DNA of 64,000 nt from Acidobacteriota bacterium (GTDB lineage Bacteria > Acidobacteriota > Thermoanaerobaculia > Multivoradales > UBA5704), in the NCBI GenBank assembly GCA_040005235.1, contig JBDTZG010000023.1, positions 18,648 to 82,647 of the forward strand, given 5' to 3'. This document shows, piece after piece, positions 35,872 through 48,028 of this stretch. Under the pieces are notes generated by a model. That model made no database searches. It worked only from the letters and a program-made list of their open reading frames with translations, and was not told where the DNA came from. Each line of letters opens with the position of its first letter. The first letter of the stretch is position 1. The position numbers and the translations under genes were made by a program.

Positions 35872-38552
35872 TTTTCGGAGTTCGGCCGCGCGAGGCCGAG
35901 CAGGTTCGCGAACAGCCGGTAGCCTCCGGGGACGCCGGCCGGCAGCTCGCGGAAGAATGCGATGCCGGAGTAGACATAGGTACCCTTGCCGAGCTTCGCG
36001 ATCAGCAGGCCGCCCTGCTGTTCGGGCTGGTCCGGGTCGGTCATCGCGAGCAGCGGCGTGTAGGCCGGGTCCCAAGTGTGGGCGAAATAGAGGCCGCGCT
36101 CTTGAATCCACCCTTCCCAATCGGCGGGGCCGATCGCGTTCGGGGTGGTGAAGACGGGGCTCGCCGGATCGAGGATTCGAACCGGCGCGGTCTCGTCGGT
36201 GATCCGATCGTGCGGGCGCGCGATGTCGAAAGGAAACGGCGCGAACTTACCGTCGACGAACGGGTACTGCTGGTACTGGACGATCAGCAGCCCTCCTGCC
36301 CGGGCGTAGTCGAGCAGGCGCGGGTTGGCCGGACCCAGAGCCGGCTCGGACTCATAGGCGCGGCTCCCGACCACGATCGCGTCGTAGCGGGACAGATCCC
36401 CCTCGGCCAGCTCGGCGGGGCCGAGCAGCTCGATCGGCAAACCCACCTGGCGGAGGGCCTCGGGGACCCGGTCGGAGGCGCCGCGGATATAACCGATGCG
36501 GTCGAGGTGCGGCAGCGCGAGGTCGAGCGCGCGGATCTCGATCTGGGCGCGGCGCGGCATCGGCGTCGGCCGGATGTGCGGATATTCGATCGTCGGCACG
36601 GCGAGATCGACCCGCGCGCCCCCTTCGATCTGCGCCGCGAGCGCCAAAGGATAGACGCCGGCCGGCAGGCCGTTCGGCAATTCGAGCTGGAGCTCGACCA
36701 CCTTCTTTTCTCCCTCCTGGGCGAGCGAGAACGGAATCGGCGCGAGCGGTTTCCAGGGCGAGGGGAGGGTGGCTTCCAATGCGCCCGCGATCGGCTTGTC
36801 GGATCGGGAGATCAGCTCCACCCGGACGGTGCGACCGGCGGCCGGAGCCTTGGATTTGCCGGTTTCAGCTTTCGGCAGCGGCCAGACCAGGCGTTCCTGA
36901 TCGATCGCGACTTCGACCGGCGGCACCACCCGAAGGGGCCGGCGGATCTCGCCGAGCGCCTGGTCGCGGACGCGCAAGACGACCTCGCGCGTCAACGACA
37001 CATCGACCCCGGCGATCCGGAACGTTGCGCGGGCGACCAGCGGCGCGGGATCGAACGGCTCGCCGCGCACCACGGCAGGCGCATCGCTCCAGTCGTAGAG
37101 CGCACCGCGCATTGGCTTCTTGAGGAAGTAGGGGCTCGTGGGGGCGGCGAACGCCGGAACGGCGGTTGCGAGCTTCCATTCGCCGAGCATCCCGGCCGCC
37201 AGATTCTTGAATTCGCCCGCGACCTCGGGCGCTCCCCAGGCGGCGGAAGAAACGAGCGTCACGCGGGCACCGTCCAAGCTCGAGCTCCCGGCCGGCCAAA
37301 GGTTAGCGGTGACCGCGACCGGGGTGCCGGGGGTGTAGGTCTCCCGCTCGGTCCAGGCGTCGAACGCGACCCCGGCGGCGGCGGCGAGCGCCTCGTTCGC
37401 AATCCCGATCTTCTCATCGAGAAAATCTGCCGCCGCCTGCTCAGGCCCCGAGCCCGGACTACTCCCAAGCAGGCCGCGCGCCGCGGAAAGATCGGCGAGC
37501 GAGCGGGCAAGCGGAGCGACCGCGTCGCCCATCCGCGACGGGCTGAGCGTCCGCCGCAGTTGCTCGGCGGTCGCTTGGACGGCGGCCAGCTTTTCTTCGA
37601 TCCTCCGGGCTTCGGCTTGCGGCAACCCGGACGCGATCGCGGCGAGACGGGTGTCGACCCCGGCAAACAGACCGGGTCCTTCTTTTCCGGCCCCCCCGTC
37701 CACCCAGGAGACCGAAGTTTCGCGCGGCCCCAGGTCCTGCGTACGCCCCATGTCCTGCGAGCGATGCTGGCTGCGGCTCGCCGCGGCGAGCTGGAGGATC
37801 GACTTGCCGGTCACCGGATCGATCGGCGCGATCGACAGCTTGACCGTCGCGTCCTTGTCCTCGAACCAGGTGGAGCGGTAGAGCGTCGTGGGCTTCCAGG
37901 GGGCCAGATCCTCACCCGCGAGGCCGGCGAACGAGGGATCCCCCGCGGCTTGGTACGCCTGGTAGGCGGTCCAGCCGGCGACCTGATGCTGGCCGTGGTT
38001 CGGGTGCGGTACGCCGGGGAAGATCGAGACGATCACCTGCGGCCGGAAGCGGCGGATGACGCGCACCGCGTCTTCGAGCATGGCGTCTTTGGGCCAGAAG
38101 CGGAACGTCTCGTCGATCGAGCGTGTGTAGCCGAAGTCGAACGCCCGGGTGAAGAACTGCCGCGCTCCATCCACCCGGCGGGCGGCGAGCAACTCCCGCG
38201 AACGGATCAACCCGAGGCCGATCCCCAGCTCCGGCCCGATCAGGTTCTGCCCCCCCTCGCCGCGCGACAGCGCGAGGTAGGCGGACTCGCCGCCGAAGCC
38301 GCGGGCGATCAGGGTGAGAAGGGAGGTGTCCTCGTCGTCCGGATGGGCGGCGATCACCAGCACCCGCTCATGGACGGAAAGCCTCGCGAGCGCCCGGTCG
38401 AGCGCGGCGTAGCCGCCGGTCGAGGCGGATTCGAGCGGCGAAATGGACGAAGGGGGCTGGGCGGCAGCCTGGCCGGGGAGAAGCACGGCGAGCGCTACGA
38501 GGGCGGCGGGCGCGAGCCGGCCGAGCCGCGAGGCGAAGAAGGATCGATTCAT
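35868..38552 (-). CDS. PIG-L/LmbE family deacetylase with NEW3-like and C-terminal GATase-like domains, exported
   Basis: AAHPDDED, RGEGGQN, RSRELLAARR.DG, HGQHQ, SQHRSQ. Confidence 0.88.
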   Translation of the reverse strand: MNRSFFASRLGRLAPAALVALAVLLPGQAAAQPPSSISPLESASTGGYAALDRALARLSVHERVLVIAAHPDDEDTSLLTLIARGFGGESAYLALSRGEGGQNLIGPELGIGLGLIRSRELLAARRVDGARQFFTRAFDFGYTRSIDETFRFWPKDAMLEDAVRVIRRFRPQVIVSIFPGVPHPNHGQHQVAGWTAYQAYQAAGDPSFAGLAGEDLAPWKPTTLYRSTWFEDKDATVKLSIAPIDPVTGKSILQLAAASRSQHRSQDMGRTQDLGPRETSVSWVDGGAGKEGPGLFAGVDTRLAAIASGLPQAEARRIEEKLAAVQATAEQLRRTLSPSRMGDAVAPLARSLADLSAARGLLGSSPGSGPEQAAADFLDEKIGIANEALAAAAGVAFDAWTERETYTPGTPVAVTANLWPAGSSSLDGARVTLVSSAAWGAPEVAGEFKNLAAGMLGEWKLATAVPAFAAPTSPYFLKKPMRGALYDWSDAPAVVRGEPFDPAPLVARATFRIAGVDVSLTREVVLRVRDQALGEIRRPLRVVPPVEVAIDQERLVWPLPKAETGKSKAPAAGRTVRVELISRSDKPIAGALEATLPSPWKPLAPIPFSLAQEGEKKVVELQLELPNGLPAGVYPLALAAQIEGGARVDLAVPTIEYPHIRPTPMPRRAQIEIRALDLALPHLDRIGYIRGASDRVPEALRQVGLPIELLGPAELAEGDLSRYDAIVVGSRAYESEPALGPANPRLLDYARAGGLLIVQYQQYPFVDGKFAPFPFDIARPHDRITDETAPVRILDPASPVFTTPNAIGPADWEGWIQERGLYFAHTWDPAYTPLLAMTDPDQPEQQGGLLIAKLGKGTYVYSGIAFFRELPAGVPGGYRLFANLLGLARPNSEK

Positions 38553-38652
38553 TGCGGGGAGACTCCCTGACGACAAGGTCGAAGCCCGGGACCGGATCGA
38601 TCCGGACGGGCGCCAAGCCCGGTAGTTTAGCAGGGCGTCGGGAGCGCCCGCG

Positions 38653-39147
38653 CTACGAAGACGGCTTGCGTTCGGTGGCCATTTCGGCGCCGGTGCCGAA
38701 ATTTGAAAGCACCTTCCAGCTGCCGTCGTCCTGCTTCTTCCAGACCGTCACGTAGGTTCCGCCCCGGTTGACCGGCTGACCGTCCGGGCTGTTGATCCTG
38801 CGCTCGTATTGGCCGTAGGAATAGCCGAGCCGTCCGTCGGTCGAGACCTCGGCGCGAATGGGGGTCCAGTTGAGTTTGAACCCGGGGGCGGCAAACGACA
38901 GGGCGAGTGCCTTTTGGATCGCTTCGCGCCCGCGGACGGTTCCCGGGGGACCTGAAAACATGATTCCATCGGCGTCGAAAAACGCGCTCCATCCGGCCGC
39001 GCCGGTCGCCTGCGCGGCGGCGCACGAGGCCTTGTCGGCCGCGAGGATCTTCGCCATTTCGGTCGCTGTGTCTGGGGTCTTAACCGCGAAAGCGGGGAGT
39101 GCGGTGAGCAAGGCGAGGGGCAGGGCGAACAGGGCACGAAATTTCAC
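38653..39147 (-). CDS. Exported NTF2-like (DUF4440/SnoaL) protein
   Basis: Signal peptide; GREAI, LGYSYG.Y, G.YVTVWKKQ.DGSWK. Confidence 0.8.
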   Translation of the reverse strand: MKFRALFALPLALLTALPAFAVKTPDTATEMAKILAADKASCAAAQATGAAGWSAFFDADGIMFSGPPGTVRGREAIQKALALSFAAPGFKLNWTPIRAEVSTDGRLGYSYGQYERRINSPDGQPVNRGGTYVTVWKKQDDGSWKVLSNFGTGAEMATERKPSS

Positions 39148-39278
39148 GGGAGTCCTCCGGGTGAGCTTACGGAACCCTAGCCGCCGTCGCCGGGCACTGT
39201 CAACGAAGGAAACGGAAAAAGAAACGGCCGGCACGGGAGAACCCGAGCCGGCCGCGTGGCATGAAACCGCTTCTCGGC

Positions 39279-41825
<2,547 letters not shown>

Positions 41826-41940
41826 CTTAGGGTACTCCCTGACCCCTGTTCGAGGTCTGCCAAGGTGGCGCGCAACCTTCTGTGCGCCGCGTGGAGCTTG
41901 GAACCGCGAAGGACATTGCGTTATTCCGGCACAAGTCAAA

Positions 41941-41961
41941 TCTTAGTTTGTTCGACTCATA
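41941..41961. promoter_or_regulatory. HAIR-like (HspR) operator upstream of lon
   Basis: TCTTAGT-N7-ACTCATA versus consensus CTTGAGT-N7-ACTCAAG (9/14 matches), in an AT-rich patch. Confidence 0.35.
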
Positions 41962-42138
41962 CATGGACGGACGCAGGTCCCAGATGCAGACCTTGCACCT
42001 GCCTAGACCGAAAGTCAAGTCGGCGCAACCCGGGTTCGGATCGCACGTAGAGTTCTACCGTCTACGCCTCAAAACCTTGCGATTCGCCCTTCCGGATCGC
42101 CACTGCCCGGCGCGCCGCCCGCCCGAGGAGAACCCGCC

Positions 42139-43671
42139 ATGATGTGCATCCGTCCCCTGCCCCCGTTCGTCCTACTGCTCGCGTTCTCGACCTTCGGTGC
42201 CGCGGCCCAATCGGGTCCCATGGAAGAAAAGCCCAAACCGGCGGCTCCAGAGCAACCGGCGCCGGTCGAGAAGAAGTCGGTGACCACCCATTCGGTCCTG
42301 CTCGGCGGCCAGCGCCTGGCCTATACCGCGACCGCCGGCACGGTCGTGCTGCGCGACGAAGAGGGTAAGGCGAAGGCGTCGATTTTCTCCGTGTCGTACG
42401 TAAAGGACGGCGTCTCGGACCCCGGCACCCGGCCGGTCACGTTCTGCTTCAACGGCGGGCCGGGAGCCGCGTCGCTTTGGGTCCATCTGGGAGCGTTCGG
42501 CCCGCGGCGGGTCGAAGGAGACGCCGAGGGGTTGACTTATGCCAATCCGGCGCGCCTGGTCGACAACGAGTTTTCGATCCTCGATGCGACCGACCTGGTG
42601 TTCATCGATCCGGTCACCACCGGCTGGAGCCGACCGGCCCCGGGCGTCGACGCCAAGGAGTTCCACGGCTACGAAGAGGACGTCGCCTCGGTCGGCGAAT
42701 TCATCCGGCTTTGGCTCGCCCGTAATCAGCGTTGGGCCTCGCCCAAAGTGGTCGCCGGCGAAAGCTATGGCACCACCCGCGCGGCCGGGCTAGCGTTCTA
42801 CCTGCTGGATCGCTACGGGATTCAGCTGAACGGGGTGGTGTTGCTCTCCGCGGTGCTCAACTGGCAGAACCAGGAGTTCGCGACCGGTAACGACATCCCC
42901 TATCTGATCCACGTGCCGAGCTACACGGCCGCGGCTTGGTATCACCACCGGCTGGCGCCCGACCTGCAGAAAGACCTGCGCGCGGCGCTCAAGGAATCCG
43001 AAGCCTTCGTGCTCGGCGACTATGCGAGCGCGCTGCTTCAAGGCGACCGTCTGAGCGAGGCCCGGCGGCACGAGATCGCGACGCAGCTCTCCCGGTTCAC
43101 CGGTCTATCGGTCGAGTTCGTCGAGCGGGCGAACCTGCGGATTGAGCTTCAACGGTTCTTGAAGGAACTGCTCCGGAGCGAGGGAAAGACCGTCGGCCGG
43201 ATCGACGCACGGCTCACCGGCCGCGATCTCGATTCAGCGGGCGAGGAGCCTGAGTTCGATCCGTCGATCGTCGGCTTCGGCGGTCCGTACGTGGTGGCGA
43301 TCAACGACTATCTGCGCCGGGATCTAGGCTACTCAGAGGATGCGATCTACGAACACCTGACGCGGAAGGTCAATCCGTGGAGCTGGGGCGACCAGAACCG
43401 CTACCTGGACGTGGCCGAGAGCCTGCGCGAGGCGATCACACAGAATCCGGGACTCCACGTGCTGATCGCGAGCGGCTTCTACGACTTCGCGACGCCCTAT
43501 TTCGACGCCTTCTTTACCGCGGCCCACATGGGGCTGCCGCCGGAGCTGCGCGATCGGGTGAGGATTGAAAACTACGAGTCCGGGCACATGATGTACGTCA
43601 AACGCACGGAGCACCGAAAGCTCCACGAGGATCTGGTGCGCTTCTACAGGGAAGCGATCCCCGGACGCTGA
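42139..43671 (+). CDS. Peptidase S10 (serine carboxypeptidase), exported
   Basis: FNGGPG, IDPV.TG.S, GESYGT, G..DFATP, GHMMY. Confidence 0.93.
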   Translation: MMCIRPLPPFVLLLAFSTFGAAAQSGPMEEKPKPAAPEQPAPVEKKSVTTHSVLLGGQRLAYTATAGTVVLRDEEGKAKASIFSVSYVKDGVSDPGTRPVTFCFNGGPGAASLWVHLGAFGPRRVEGDAEGLTYANPARLVDNEFSILDATDLVFIDPVTTGWSRPAPGVDAKEFHGYEEDVASVGEFIRLWLARNQRWASPKVVAGESYGTTRAAGLAFYLLDRYGIQLNGVVLLSAVLNWQNQEFATGNDIPYLIHVPSYTAAAWYHHRLAPDLQKDLRAALKESEAFVLGDYASALLQGDRLSEARRHEIATQLSRFTGLSVEFVERANLRIELQRFLKELLRSEGKTVGRIDARLTGRDLDSAGEEPEFDPSIVGFGGPYVVAINDYLRRDLGYSEDAIYEHLTRKVNPWSWGDQNRYLDVAESLREAITQNPGLHVLIASGFYDFATPYFDAFFTAAHMGLPPELRDRVRIENYESGHMMYVKRTEHRKLHEDLVRFYREAIPGR

Positions 43672-43704
43672 GGCCCTTTGCTCGATACGAGTTACGTGAC
43701 CGCT

Positions 43705-44559
43705 TTACGCAATCAAACCGCGCAGCACGGCGAGGTTCTTCACGTGCCCCGCCTGGCCGTCGCCCGGTTCGGTTTCGAGCACCATCGGTACCAGGGCGAA
43801 ACGAGGATCGGCGAGCAGGCGGGCGAACGCGGAGCAGCCGATCTCGCCCTCGCCAATGTGTTCGTGGCGGTCGCGGCGGGAGGCGAACGGCTTGGCCGAG
43901 TCGTTCAGGTGAAAGGCGCCGAGGGCGGGGCCGAAACGTTCCGCCGCCTCTGCCGCGAACTCCTCGTAGCCCGCCGGTTCGTGAATCGCGTAGCCGGCCG
44001 CGAACGCGTGACAGGTATCCAGGCAGACCCCCGTACGTTCGGGGAAAGTGAGGCGGACACGGATCGCCTCCAGCTGTTCCAGGCGCCAGCCGATCGTCGA
44101 GCCCTGCCCCGCGGTGTTTTCGAGCAGGACGCGGGTGCCGCGGTCCGGCAGGCCGGCGAAGATCTCATTGAGCGACGCTGCGGCACGAGCGACACCCTCC
44201 TCGTCGCTCGTGCCGAGATGGGCGCCGGGGTGGAGCACGAGACCCTCGATCCCCAGGTCGGCGCAGCGGGTGATCTCGTCGGCGAGGGCGGCCTTCGATT
44301 TTTCCAGGATCTCGGCGTCGGTCGCGGCGAGGTTGATCAAATAGCTCGCATGGGCGATCACCGAGCCGATCACGCTCCCGGTGCGGGCGGTGCGGAACGC
44401 CGCGATCTCCTCGGCCAGAATCGATCGGCCGCGCCACTGGTTGGCGTTCTTGACGAAGACTTGGATCGCGGTGCAGGCGAGGGCGCAGCCGTTTTCGATC
44501 GATCGCGGCATGCCTCCCGCGGTCGAGACGTGGGCGCCCAGAGGAGGTAGGTTGGCCAT
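43705..44559 (-). CDS. nfo: Endonuclease IV
   Basis: GAHVS, HASYLINL, HPG, LENTAG, CLDTCH, HLNDS, DRHEHIG, LET. Confidence 0.95.
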   Translation of the reverse strand: MANLPPLGAHVSTAGGMPRSIENGCALACTAIQVFVKNANQWRGRSILAEEIAAFRTARTGSVIGSVIAHASYLINLAATDAEILEKSKAALADEITRCADLGIEGLVLHPGAHLGTSDEEGVARAAASLNEIFAGLPDRGTRVLLENTAGQGSTIGWRLEQLEAIRVRLTFPERTGVCLDTCHAFAAGYAIHEPAGYEEFAAEAAERFGPALGAFHLNDSAKPFASRRDRHEHIGEGEIGCSAFARLLADPRFALVPMVLETEPGDGQAGHVKNLAVLRGLIA

Positions 44560-44597
44560 AGAGGGGAATTGTACGCGGGCTGGTAGAGTGACGCGTC

Positions 44598-45347
44598 ATG
44601 TGGCGCAGAATCCTCCGCTCGGCGGGCCTGGTCGCCTATGCCCTCCTGGTGGGGCTGGTGTTCGTCGTCTGCGGCTACCTCGCATTTAGCGGCTTCGTTC
44701 GCAGCGGTACCACCACGGTGCCCAAGGTGGCGGGCCTGACGATCCTCGAAGCGGAAAATCTCCTGCGCGAAAAAGGGCTTCGCCCGGTGCGCGGCGCCTC
44801 CGACCGCTACGACCCCCAAGTTCCCGCCGGCCGGATCGCCGGCCAGTCTCCGGACGCCGGATCTTGGGTCAAACGCGGCAGTGCGGTCGAGCTGGCGGCG
44901 TCGCGCGGGCCGCAGCAGATCGACGTTCCCGGCCTCACCGGCCGCGCCCTGTCCGCCGCGCAGTTCACGCTCGCTGCCGTGGGGTTGGGCGTAGGCAGGG
45001 CGCTCGCCGTCTTCGGGGCGGGAAATCCGGGCGTGGTGATCGAGCAGGATCCGCCCGCAGGAGCCGCCGTACCGCCCGCCACACCGGTCGACCTGCTGGT
45101 CGCCTTGCCGAGCGCGGGCGAGCGCTATGTGATGCCGGATCTGATCTACCGCCACTATGATGACGTCCGCCCCGCGTTCGAGCGCCAGGGCTTCCGCCTG
45201 GGCAGCGTAAAATTCGAGCCCTACGAGGGTGTGGCGTCAGGTGTCATCCTGCGCCAGTTTCCGCTCGCCGGGCACCCGGTGAGCCATCTGGACGCGATCT
45301 CCCTGGTCGTCGCCACGGCCGATCGGCTGCCAGAGCCGCCACTCTGA
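44598..45347 (+). CDS. PASTA-domain membrane protein (3 repeats)
   Basis: TM segment plus VP/MP-initiated repeats with Q.P..G motifs. Confidence 0.88.
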   Translation: MWRRILRSAGLVAYALLVGLVFVVCGYLAFSGFVRSGTTTVPKVAGLTILEAENLLREKGLRPVRGASDRYDPQVPAGRIAGQSPDAGSWVKRGSAVELAASRGPQQIDVPGLTGRALSAAQFTLAAVGLGVGRALAVFGAGNPGVVIEQDPPAGAAVPPATPVDLLVALPSAGERYVMPDLIYRHYDDVRPAFERQGFRLGSVKFEPYEGVASGVILRQFPLAGHPVSHLDAISLVVATADRLPEPPL

Positions 45348-45380
45348 CTTAAAAAGACCTTTCGAGCCGAGACCTCCCCG

Positions 45381-46088
45381 ATGCGCATAGCTCCTTCGAT
45401 CCTCGCCGCCGATCTCGCCGATCTTTCCGGTGCGCTCAAGGTCTGCGAAAGCGGCGGCGCCGACTTCGTCCACGTCGACGTGATGGACGGCCACTTCGTA
45501 CCTAACCTGTCGTTCGGCATCCCGGTGCTCGCGGCCCTCCGGCGGCGGACCGCCCTGCCGCTCGATCTCCACTTGATGGTGACCAATCCGGGCGAGCTGT
45601 TGGACGACTACCTCGCCGCGGGAGCCACGAGCATCGCGGTGCATTGGGAGGTCGTGCCGCATCTCGACCGCCTGCTCGACCGCATCCGCCGCGGGGGAGC
45701 CCGGGCGGGCGTCGCGATCAACCCGGCAACTCCGGTCGAGTTGCTGATCGACAGCCTGCCGCGCCTCGACTACGTTCTCTTGATGTCGGTCAATCCGGGT
45801 TTCTCCGGCCAAGCGTTTTTGCCCCATGTGCTGGACAAGGCGCGCCGGCTGCGACGTCTGCTGGTTTCCGGCGCGGCCGCCGGGTCGGCCGGCTCATCGG
45901 GCGGCGCGCAGATCGAAATCGGGATCGACGGCGGCATCGGCCGCGATAACATTCGGGCCGCCGCCGAAGCGGGCATCGACTTTGCGGTGGTCGGTTCCGC
46001 GGTGTTCGGAGCCCCGGACCCCGCCGGAACGATCGGCGACCTGCGGCGTCTCGCCGCGGTCCCGCCGCGATCTGAAACAGCGCCATGA
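45381..46088 (+). CDS. rpe: Ribulose-phosphate 3-epimerase
   Basis: IAPSIL, HVDVMDGHFVPN, MSVNPGF, IDGGI. Confidence 0.97.
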   Translation: MRIAPSILAADLADLSGALKVCESGGADFVHVDVMDGHFVPNLSFGIPVLAALRRRTALPLDLHLMVTNPGELLDDYLAAGATSIAVHWEVVPHLDRLLDRIRRGGARAGVAINPATPVELLIDSLPRLDYVLLMSVNPGFSGQAFLPHVLDKARRLRRLLVSGAAAGSAGSSGGAQIEIGIDGGIGRDNIRAAAEAGIDFAVVGSAVFGAPDPAGTIGDLRRLAAVPPRSETAP

Positions 46089-46132
46089 TGATGCCCGCCG
46101 CGAAATCAACGTACGACCTTCGGGAAGACACC

Positions 46133-46903
46133 ATGAATCGACCGTTTGCGCTCGCCCTCGTTCTTTTCGCCGCCCTGGCTCCGCTCGGGCTTGCCGGGTG
46201 TCATTCCGGCGCGTCGCAGGATCCCATCCTCAAGCTCGCGGCGACCGAATCGCTCGCCGCGGGCAAAGAGCTTCTCGCGGCGAAGAAATACGCCAAGGCG
46301 CGGCCTTATTTCACCCACGCCTACGAGGTCGAGCCCAATTCGGCGCAAGGCCGGGAGGCTCTGCTGCTCGCCGCCGACACCTATTTTCTCGAAGGGGCCA
46401 ACACCAACTACATCCAGTCGGAGGCCAAATACCGCGACTTCCTGAACCGCTTCCCGACCAGCGATCAGGCCGCTTACGCGCAATTCCAGGTCGCCAATTC
46501 ACTTTCGGAGCGGATGGAGCGGCCGGACCGCGATCAGTCCGTGACCCGTAAGTCTCTGGAGGCCTACAAGGATCTGGTGCGGCTGTATCCGAGCAGCGAG
46601 TACGCCGGTCAGTGCGCCGAGAAAATCGTCTTGGTTCGCGCCAATCTGGCGGAACACGAGTTCGTGGTCGGCCGGTTTTACCAGCGCTACGGAATTCCGT
46701 CGGCAGCGGCCGGTCGCTTCGAGTACCTGCTCAAGGAATACCCGGAATATCCGACCAAGGACAAGGTGCTTTACTACCTAGGAATCGCGTACTCGGAAAA
46801 CGCCAAGGCGGAGGAGTCGCAGAAAGCCTTCGCCCGGCTGCGCACCGAGTATCCCGACAGCCGGTGGATCCGCGAGACCCCCAAACAGAAGGCGGCCTCA
46901 TGA
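46133..46903 (+). CDS. bamD: Outer membrane assembly lipoprotein BamD
   Basis: LAGC lipobox, TPRs, DRDQS, LAEHEF.VGRFY. Confidence 0.9.
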   Translation: MNRPFALALVLFAALAPLGLAGCHSGASQDPILKLAATESLAAGKELLAAKKYAKARPYFTHAYEVEPNSAQGREALLLAADTYFLEGANTNYIQSEAKYRDFLNRFPTSDQAAYAQFQVANSLSERMERPDRDQSVTRKSLEAYKDLVRLYPSSEYAGQCAEKIVLVRANLAEHEFVVGRFYQRYGIPSAAAGRFEYLLKEYPEYPTKDKVLYYLGIAYSENAKAEESQKAFARLRTEYPDSRWIRETPKQKAAS

Positions 46904-47850
46904 CCCGGAATAACCCTCTCCTCCTCGCCCTGCTCGCCGCCTCCCTGGTCAGTCTCGCCGGTTGCGCCTCGGCGCCCTCCCGCACCCCGGATGCCCAGCC
47001 CGACGATCTCGCCGAGCTGAAGGCGCGGATGGTCGAGTTGCAGCGGAAGGCGGCGGTTTCCGAGGTGGAGGTCGGCAGGCTCCGGCAGCAGGTGACCGAT
47101 CTCGAAGCCCGGCTCGGGGTTCGTTCGGCGAGCGGGCAAGTGGCCCCTCCCGCCCCGCCTTCCCGTCCGGCGATCGCGCCGAGCACTTCGCCACCGTCCG
47201 CCGCACCACCTTCCACGGCACCCCGAACGGCGGCGCCCAAGCCGGCGCTCCCTCGCGGCCAGGAGATCGAAGAGGTCGATATCGATGCGCCGCCGATCGC
47301 CGCCAAACCGACTCCGGCGCAAGCTTCTCCGCCGCCGTTCAGACCCGCGAACGCCACGCCCCCCGTCCCGACTTCGATCGCACCTACCGCCCCGGCAGCT
47401 CCCAAACCGGCTCCCGCCGCGCCGACTCCGCAGCCCGCGAAACCCACTCCCCTGCCCGGCACCTCCGTGCCCCAGCCGGCGACCCAGGCGCTCTACGACC
47501 GCGGCTATACCCTTTATCACCAGGGTCATTACGCCGACGCCGAAGCGAGCTTCCAGCGGTTTTTGGAAGCGAACCCGGCGAGCGAGCTGGCCGACAACGC
47601 CCAATACTGGATCGGCGAGTGCCGCTATGCGCGGGACGACCTGCGCGGCGCGCTCGAAGCGTTCCGGCGGACGGTGGAGAGCTTTCCCCAGGGCAACAAG
47701 GTGGCCGATGCGCTGCTCAAAGCCGGCCAATGCCTCGAAGGGCTCGGCCAGAGGGATGACGCTCGGTCGACCTACCGGGAGGTCCTTCGACGCTTCCCCG
47801 GCAGCGCGGCAGGTGCGGTCGCCGAGGAGCGCTTGGCCAAGCTCAAGTAG
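46900..47850 (+). CDS. cpoB: Tol-Pal associated CpoB/YbgF
   Basis: Lipobox, coiled coil, Pro-rich linker, LADNAQYWIGE, KVADALLKAG. Confidence 0.88.
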   Translation: MTRNNPLLLALLAASLVSLAGCASAPSRTPDAQPDDLAELKARMVELQRKAAVSEVEVGRLRQQVTDLEARLGVRSASGQVAPPAPPSRPAIAPSTSPPSAAPPSTAPRTAAPKPALPRGQEIEEVDIDAPPIAAKPTPAQASPPPFRPANATPPVPTSIAPTAPAAPKPAPAAPTPQPAKPTPLPGTSVPQPATQALYDRGYTLYHQGHYADAEASFQRFLEANPASELADNAQYWIGECRYARDDLRGALEAFRRTVESFPQGNKVADALLKAGQCLEGLGQRDDARSTYREVLRRFPGSAAGAVAEERLAKLK

Positions 47851-47943
47851 GGGGCTTCCGGCGTGCGCCGTTTCGCTCGGCGGGCGGTCGCATCGGGTCT
47901 TGAATGGCTCTCAACCATCGCTTGAGGGGAAGGCAGCTAAATC

Positions 47944-47973
47944 TTGACCTTGGAAAGCGGATCGGTGTAGCCT
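47944..47973 (+). promoter_or_regulatory. Sigma70-type promoter
   Basis: TTGACC-18 bp-TAGCCT. Confidence 0.4.
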
Positions 47974-48028
47974 AAGCCATAGAGATTTCACTATACGCCG
48001 GCTCTCCCTGGTCGCAGGAGGCCCCCAC

